This document shows positions 57,540 to 62,365 of a stretch of 62,365 bases of DNA, one piece after another (positions within the stretch are counted from its first letter, which is position 1; each line of letters begins with the position of its first letter). Under the pieces are notes generated by a model. It was given only the letters and a program-made list of their open reading frames with translations, was not told the origin of the DNA and made no database searches. Position numbers and translations under genes: made by a program. This DNA comes from a virus (Duplodnaviria > Caudoviricetes), in the IMG/VR virus record IMGVR_UViG_3300044632_002565, positions 1-62,365 of that record. One strand, written 5' to 3'.

Positions 57540-57976
57540 TTCAGGTCTCCCACACAAATATATTTTTTATTTAGATTCTTTTTCATATCTAAATATTTTT
57601 TTACAATTTGGTAACTCCAACCATATCTGTCTAACAAACTCCATTCCGAATTTTTCTTTAACATATGTTCAATCAGATAATCAAAACTTCCACTTCTTCT
57701 TGAAATTACTCTTATGTTTTGGGAAGTTAGATTCCCATACCAATCTTTCAGTAATGGTTGATATTCATTTTGTTCGAAAGAAAAAAGTCTAAAAAAACTA
57801 TTAAAAAAATTGGAATTATAATGAATTTGACCATAACAATCGGATGAAAAACACCAAGATTTATCATCAAAGTTTATAATCCACGTCTCTCTACCATTTG
57901 GTAAAAAAATAAAATCTTCCAAATCGGAATTCAGTTTATCGAAAATTATTTTTTTTAACCTCGGATGTATGTCCAT
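57536..57976 (-). CDS. Hypothetical protein
   Basis: 146-aa ORF. Confidence 0.65.
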   Translation of the reverse strand: MDIHPRLKKIIFDKLNSDLEDFIFLPNGRETWIINFDDKSWCFSSDCYGQIHYNSNFFNSFFRLFSFEQNEYQPLLKDWYGNLTSQNIRVISRRSGSFDYLIEHMLKKNSEWSLLDRYGWSYQIVKKYLDMKKNLNKKYICVGDLN

Positions 57977-57985
57977 TATAAATTA

Positions 57986-58393
57986 TTAGCTAGCGTTGAT
58001 ATTGAAATCACCCTCTAAATCAAATTGTGATAAATTCATTCCAACAAATTTGACTAACGATAACATTCGCCCTCTGACATTGTATAAAAAATTTTCACCA
58101 TAAGCGGTGTCAAAAGTTTTTTGAGATACTTTTTCTCCATTTTTCCAACCCGCATCATTCAGAAAACTTATGTGTAATTCTAATTTGACCAAAAACTTCA
58201 AATTCTGTTCAAAACGGTAATAAGGTCCCATAGTTTCTTTATGCTCAACCCACTTTACACCTAAGGTTTCGAAAGATTTTATTTGAGGGAACGAAGGGGG
58301 TACTAAATTATCCCAAAGTTTTTTTATTGGTTCAGTGTAATCCTCAACCAAATCTTTGTCAGTCCAAATATATTGTTTTTCATTACCCATCAA
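57986..58393 (-). CDS. Hypothetical protein
   Basis: TATTTATA upstream. Confidence 0.65.
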   Translation of the reverse strand: MMGNEKQYIWTDKDLVEDYTEPIKKLWDNLVPPSFPQIKSFETLGVKWVEHKETMGPYYRFEQNLKFLVKLELHISFLNDAGWKNGEKVSQKTFDTAYGENFLYNVRGRMLSLVKFVGMNLSQFDLEGDFNINAS

Positions 58394-58437
58394 TATAAAT
58401 ACAACAGAATATAAGTTTACAGGAACCTATAATTGTA

Positions 58438-58851
58438 CTAATCCAGTTGTATTTGCCTCACAAAAAAACGAAAATTATATCCATCGTTATGATTTATAAC
58501 TGATATCATGGCGGTGTTATTAGTACTTATTTTTACTATGTCGATGGTTACTTGTAAATCACGTTTCAAATCCCTTGCTTTATATCTAATCCCAACCAAA
58601 TTTTTATTAGAGATATCTTCTTTCGATTCACTGTAAATTTTATACATGGAGGGAGACTTTCCTTGTATTGAAAGGAATTCGTTTTCGATTACAATTGTTA
58701 TTTCTGTATCGGAGTTTTTTTGGTACAATTCCCATTCTTTGGAAATGTTATTGAATGTATACATTTCGGTTGTGTAAGCTTTATAATAATCTTGACTGGG
58801 AGACAAAAGAAATCCAAAAACTAAAACACAGGTTAAAAAAAACTTTTTCAT
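58438..58851 (-). CDS. Secreted hypothetical protein
   Basis: Signal peptide MKKFFLTCVLVFGFLL; start moved. Confidence 0.65.
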   Translation of the reverse strand: MKKFFLTCVLVFGFLLSPSQDYYKAYTTEMYTFNNISKEWELYQKNSDTEITIVIENEFLSIQGKSPSMYKIYSESKEDISNKNLVGIRYKARDLKRDLQVTIDIVKISTNNTAMISVINHNDGYNFRFFVRQIQLD

Positions 58852-58853
58852 AA

Positions 58854-59288
58854 TTATTCGATTATTGAAATAGAATTGATTTGTTCGCCTTGTTTGATTT
58901 GCCCAATTAGGTCTAACCCCTCGGTGACTCGTCCGAAACAAGTATGATTTCTGTCAAGGTGTTGGGTATTTTGTCTATTATGACAAATGAAAAACTGAGA
59001 ACCTCCAGTATCTCTACCAGCATGAGCCATAGACAAGACACCTCTGTCGTGAAATTGTTTTTGACCATTCACCTCACAGGGAATTGTGTATCCAGGCCCA
59101 CCGGTCCCATTTTTATTAGGACATCCCCCTTGACAGACAAAACCAGGAATTACTCTATGAAAATTCAATCCGTCGTAGAATTTTTTAGAAAGCAAATCCA
59201 AAAAATTTTTTACAGTTAGAGGAGTTTCTTTGTCATAGAGTTCACAAACTAAATCACCTCTGTCCAATGAAATTTTTACTTTTGACAT
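58854..59288 (-). CDS. Cyclophilin-type peptidyl-prolyl isomerase
   Basis: FYDGLNFHRVIPGFVCQGG, LSMAHAGRDTGGSQFFI, HTCFGRV. Confidence 0.95.
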   Translation of the reverse strand: MSKVKISLDRGDLVCELYDKETPLTVKNFLDLLSKKFYDGLNFHRVIPGFVCQGGCPNKNGTGGPGYTIPCEVNGQKQFHDRGVLSMAHAGRDTGGSQFFICHNRQNTQHLDRNHTCFGRVTEGLDLIGQIKQGEQINSISIIE

Positions 59289-59334
59289 AATATTTTTTCA
59301 AAAGATAAGTTTTTAAAACAAAAAAAACAAGAAG

Positions 59335-59502
59335 TTACTCTTCATCTACAAGGAAAAATCTTTCTCCGTTAAAATCAATCCATTGGGTTCCAACTTGATA
59401 CTTAGGAAAAATTTTTGTTTTAAATTTTTTAGAAAAACCAATATCATATTTTATGATAATTTCAGTTTCATAAAATGATATACTTCCAATTGTTTTACTC
59501 AT
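59335..59502 (-). CDS. Hypothetical protein (55 aa; not in ORF track)
   Basis: MSKTIGSISFYETEIIIKY...FFLVDEE. Confidence 0.5.
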   Translation of the reverse strand: MSKTIGSISFYETEIIIKYDIGFSKKFKTKIFPKYQVGTQWIDFNGERFFLVDEE

Positions 59503-59553
59503 GATTAAAAAAAAACCCTCTCAGTGAGAGGGTTTGATATAAATAATTTATTT

Positions 59554-60039
59554 TTACACCATATCTGATGCTTGGGCGCTTGTGCTAGCAAAATCTGCCT
59601 TTGGAACCCATTCACCTTTGGAGTTTTTCATACAGAATTTTTTTCTAAGTCTTTTGACAAAAGAATCTGATTTGTATTTTATTACCTCTACATTCTCACC
59701 CTCTTTAGCTGGTTCAACTTCTTTTTCTATGTCTGTTTCTAAATGTTCGTCTTGACATTTATAAGATACTCCAACTTCTTGTTTTTGAGTTTTACCACCA
59801 ATAGATGTCTGTGAAGATTTGAAATCTATTCTTACTGTACCATTTAAATCTTGTACAACCTTCGAAATCATAAATCTTTTATCTAACTTGTTAGTTTCAT
59901 CATAAAGATTTATTGTTTCACCCTTTTTTATGTCTGGGGTACTTGGCATTAGAACCTGTTCAACTAAAGTTCTTTTTGGCGAATGCATCTCTAAAATTCT
60001 CATTTTTTCTTCCTGTGATACTGTGAATATACTTCTCAT
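59554..60039 (-). CDS. Hypothetical protein with VSQEEK leader
   Basis: VSQEEKMRILEMH...LVEQ; TATTTATA upstream. Confidence 0.7.
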   Translation of the reverse strand: MRSIFTVSQEEKMRILEMHSPKRTLVEQVLMPSTPDIKKGETINLYDETNKLDKRFMISKVVQDLNGTVRIDFKSSQTSIGGKTQKQEVGVSYKCQDEHLETDIEKEVEPAKEGENVEVIKYKSDSFVKRLRKKFCMKNSKGEWVPKADFASTSAQASDMV

Positions 60040-60139
60040 GATTGATTTTTTATATAAATATATGACTTTGGAAAAAATTCAAAATTTCTTATCTTGATGT
60101 GGATTTATATATTAGCTAAACAGGGGTTATGAAATGTAA

Positions 60140-61708
60140 TTAAAAATTAAAAAAATCTCCAACTGAAGGAACCTTAGATGAAGAATAATCAATTTTCTTT
60201 ATAAACTCTCCTCTTTTGTTATAAAGTTTGCCTTTCCCTTTCTTATCCCAATCAAATGAGTAAAGATATTCTACGCCATTTTTGGAGGTGAAAAAAAATG
60301 TCCAATTTCCTGTTGGTTTATCATTTCTGAAAAAACCCTCCAATTTAATAGAGCCGTCTGGTTTAAATATTGTCCAATTGCCTGTTTTTCTACCAAGAGT
60401 GGTCAGTTGTCCGAGTGCTTTCGGAGTTCCTTTCGGATAAAATACTATTATTTTACCCCTGAAATTATATTCATTACCTTCCGCAACAACTTTGATTACA
60501 TCGTTTTTGGTTAAACCTGTTGCTGGAGCTTTCGCATCATCGTAGTTTTTTAGAACATACGTAACCCCCCAGGTGTTATAGTGCATATTCATTTTCCAAA
60601 TTCCAATTCTATTACCTTTTTCATCGTACTTACCTTTTTGTTCAAGGTCTCCCTCATTGAAAAATTTTTCGTAATCGTCAATATAAATAAAATCACCTTT
60701 AGTTGGTTTAATAGTCCCTCTTTCATGTACTTTTCCATTACCCCAAAAATTGATAAACGGCCCTTTTCTTTTGTTGTCTACGTAAGTGTATAATCCCTCC
60801 AAACCACCCCGATAAAACGATTTCCAAACACCTTGTTTTCCTTTTTCGTCTTGGTGTCCCTTCCCTTCGACAGGTACATCAATTTCGAGATGAGATGCGA
60901 TTTTTTCGTAATTGTAAGTTTCTGATTTATCTGACAACCACTTGTAAAAAAATTTAGGTTCGAAATTGAATCTTTCTACATCGTTTTTGTTCATGAACTG
61001 TTGACTTTCAACGTGTAACTGGTATGGGGACAATGGGTCGTTTAGATTGAAAAGTACGATATATTTCGAACCCTTGTCACTTTTAAGGTAATCTTTAAAA
61101 TGATAAAAATGGGCGATTGTACAAATTTCTATGGTTGCTCCTTTATCTCTACCTCTACATCTACCAAGTAAATCCCGATATATTTTCCAATTTTCTTTAG
61201 TAGGTTCTGAAATCTCAAAAACTTGATAACCGTCCAAACCTCCCTTTTTTAGACCTTGTTCGGGTTTCCAAAAACCAAGATACTTATTTCCTCCCGTTGA
61301 GGTAAGTTTTTCAATTTCGTTTTTCGAAAGAAATGCTGAGGATTGAGGAATATCTTCATATTTGACATCACCTTCTTTGATTTGGATGACAGTTTCGATA
61401 AAGTCTTGTAAATCCTCTAGTGTCTTATAAAGGTTGAGGTCTTGAAATTTGAATTTCTTCTTATTCTTTTCAAAAATATCAATGTATTCTTTCCACTTAT
61501 ACAGGTCTTCAGATTTAAGGAGATTTGTTCCAATTTTTTTTGTAAGCCAAGCTAAAATATAAAACTTACCGTGAGAAAGGTCTTGAATTTTTTGAAACTC
61601 CTCATCTTTTAGGGGTTTTCCTTCTCCAACATATTTGTCTTTGAGTTGTTGAATTTGAAGGGCTAAATCTTCCAATAAAATTCTTCTTATAGTTTCGCGT
61701 AAAATCAC
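60140..61708 (-). CDS. DLNLY/ICT-domain protein fused to MORN-variant (YwqK-like) repeats
   Basis: FQDLNLYKTLEDL, IEICT, YQLH.ES.QFM; repeated G.W..F..DG...EG.F. Confidence 0.75.
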   Translation of the reverse strand: MILRETIRRILLEDLALQIQQLKDKYVGEGKPLKDEEFQKIQDLSHGKFYILAWLTKKIGTNLLKSEDLYKWKEYIDIFEKNKKKFKFQDLNLYKTLEDLQDFIETVIQIKEGDVKYEDIPQSSAFLSKNEIEKLTSTGGNKYLGFWKPEQGLKKGGLDGYQVFEISEPTKENWKIYRDLLGRCRGRDKGATIEICTIAHFYHFKDYLKSDKGSKYIVLFNLNDPLSPYQLHVESQQFMNKNDVERFNFEPKFFYKWLSDKSETYNYEKIASHLEIDVPVEGKGHQDEKGKQGVWKSFYRGGLEGLYTYVDNKRKGPFINFWGNGKVHERGTIKPTKGDFIYIDDYEKFFNEGDLEQKGKYDEKGNRIGIWKMNMHYNTWGVTYVLKNYDDAKAPATGLTKNDVIKVVAEGNEYNFRGKIIVFYPKGTPKALGQLTTLGRKTGNWTIFKPDGSIKLEGFFRNDKPTGNWTFFFTSKNGVEYLYSFDWDKKGKGKLYNKRGEFIKKIDYSSSKVPSVGDFFNF

Positions 61709-61745
61709 GTTTATAAATACTTAGGAAAATAAAAAGCCTCGGATG

Positions 61746-61856
61746 TTATCCGAGGTACCTTTTTAAAACTATGTTATTAGCCGTAATTCTTTTGTTTGTT
61801 TTTCTGCCAGATTTTTTACTTCTCATAGGTTTGAAAAACTTTTTTGTTCTAGCCAT
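61746..61856 (-). CDS. Small basic peptide (36 aa; not in ORF track)
   Basis: MARTKKFFKPMRSKKSGRKTNKRITANNIVLKRYLG; TATTTAT upstream; terminator overlaps stop. Confidence 0.55.
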   Translation of the reverse strand: MARTKKFFKPMRSKKSGRKTNKRITANNIVLKRYLG

Positions 61857-61887
61857 GATGTATTTTATAATAAATACATCATTTCAA

Positions 61888-62103
61888 CTATCCATTCATT
61901 TCACTTAGAAAATCGTGAATAATTTCTCTACATTCTTCTTCACTGGCTTCGTCTCCGTCCCACATCATGTCAGAACTATCTGCGGTCCAATCATCCCATT
62001 CATCCCAATTTGCAACAATTGTAAATTTTTTTCCATCCTTAGTCTCTCCATTAAACCAAACGGTTTTGGATATTGTTTTAGCTGATTCGTAATCGATGTA
62101 CAT
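61888..62103 (-). CDS. Acidic hypothetical protein
   Basis: Start moved to MYIDYES. Confidence 0.6.
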   Translation of the reverse strand: MYIDYESAKTISKTVWFNGETKDGKKFTIVANWDEWDDWTADSSDMMWDGDEASEEECREIIHDFLSEMNG

Positions 62104-62148
62104 AAGTTTTTTTTTCAAAAATAAGAATTTTTAATTTATTGGTAAAGT

Positions 62149-62364
62149 TTATTCAATATTTAGTTTATTTTCAGAATATCCCGAATTTTCCCAAACAATT
62201 CTTATTTTCTTTCTATCTTCGGAATGTAAATATCCATGATTAAACATAGACAAAGATATCCAAAAATTTCTTTTAGAATTTATTGAACCTCTAATCGCCC
62301 TCACTCTATCACCAAGGGTTTTTTTTATATTTTTTTTTATTAAAGGAAAATCTTTTTTAATCCA
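62149..62364 (-). CDS. Partial hypothetical CDS running off window end
   Basis: Open frame WIKKDFPL...NKLNIE ending TAA at 62149. Confidence 0.45.
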   Translation of the reverse strand, partial: WIKKDFPLIKKNIKKTLGDRVRAIRGSINSKRNFWISLSMFNHGYLHSEDRKKIRIVWENSGYSENKLNIE

Positions 62365-62365
62365 T

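Noticed and set aside
61746-61856. Histone H3 tail mimic (MARTK)
   Set aside because: Only five residues match; expected in a K/R-rich peptide

Overview
AT-rich, gene-dense segment of a very large (jumbo/huge) tailed phage, most likely infecting a Bacteroidota host. Host evidence: repeated TTTG-N19-21-TAnnTTTG (-33/-7) promoters, no Shine-Dalgarno sequences, a T9SS C-terminal-domain protein, a Bacteroidota-type TonB-dependent receptor and DUF2452. No capsid, terminase or polymerase genes fall in this window, so the phage call rests on 13 tRNAs, an endolysin, mosaic host-like genes (thyA, clpP, ppk2, iscU, iscA, cyclophilin, pspC) and many orphan ORFs. A second upstream motif, sense-strand TATTTAT(A), marks a probable late gene class, and many of those proteins carry related Glu-containing N-terminal peptides resembling capsid-targeting leaders. 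Most notable: (1) an unannotated 26-codon leader peptide with mutually exclusive antiterminator/terminator hairpins directly upstream of a tRNA plus RNA-repair operon, whose codons include every amino acid served by the downstream tRNAs, i.e. a candidate tRNA-depletion-sensing attenuator; (2) a seven-gene secreted/outer-membrane operon (CsgG-like proteins, cohesin/dockerin-T9SS protein, beta-barrel, C-type lectin-dockerin) next to the endolysin; (3) several unannotated structured ncRNA candidates, two sharing a 13-nt motif; (4) tandem carbamoyltransferases with scattered glyco-/sulfo-transferases and 2OG oxygenases. All family calls are by-eye motif recognition, not database searches.
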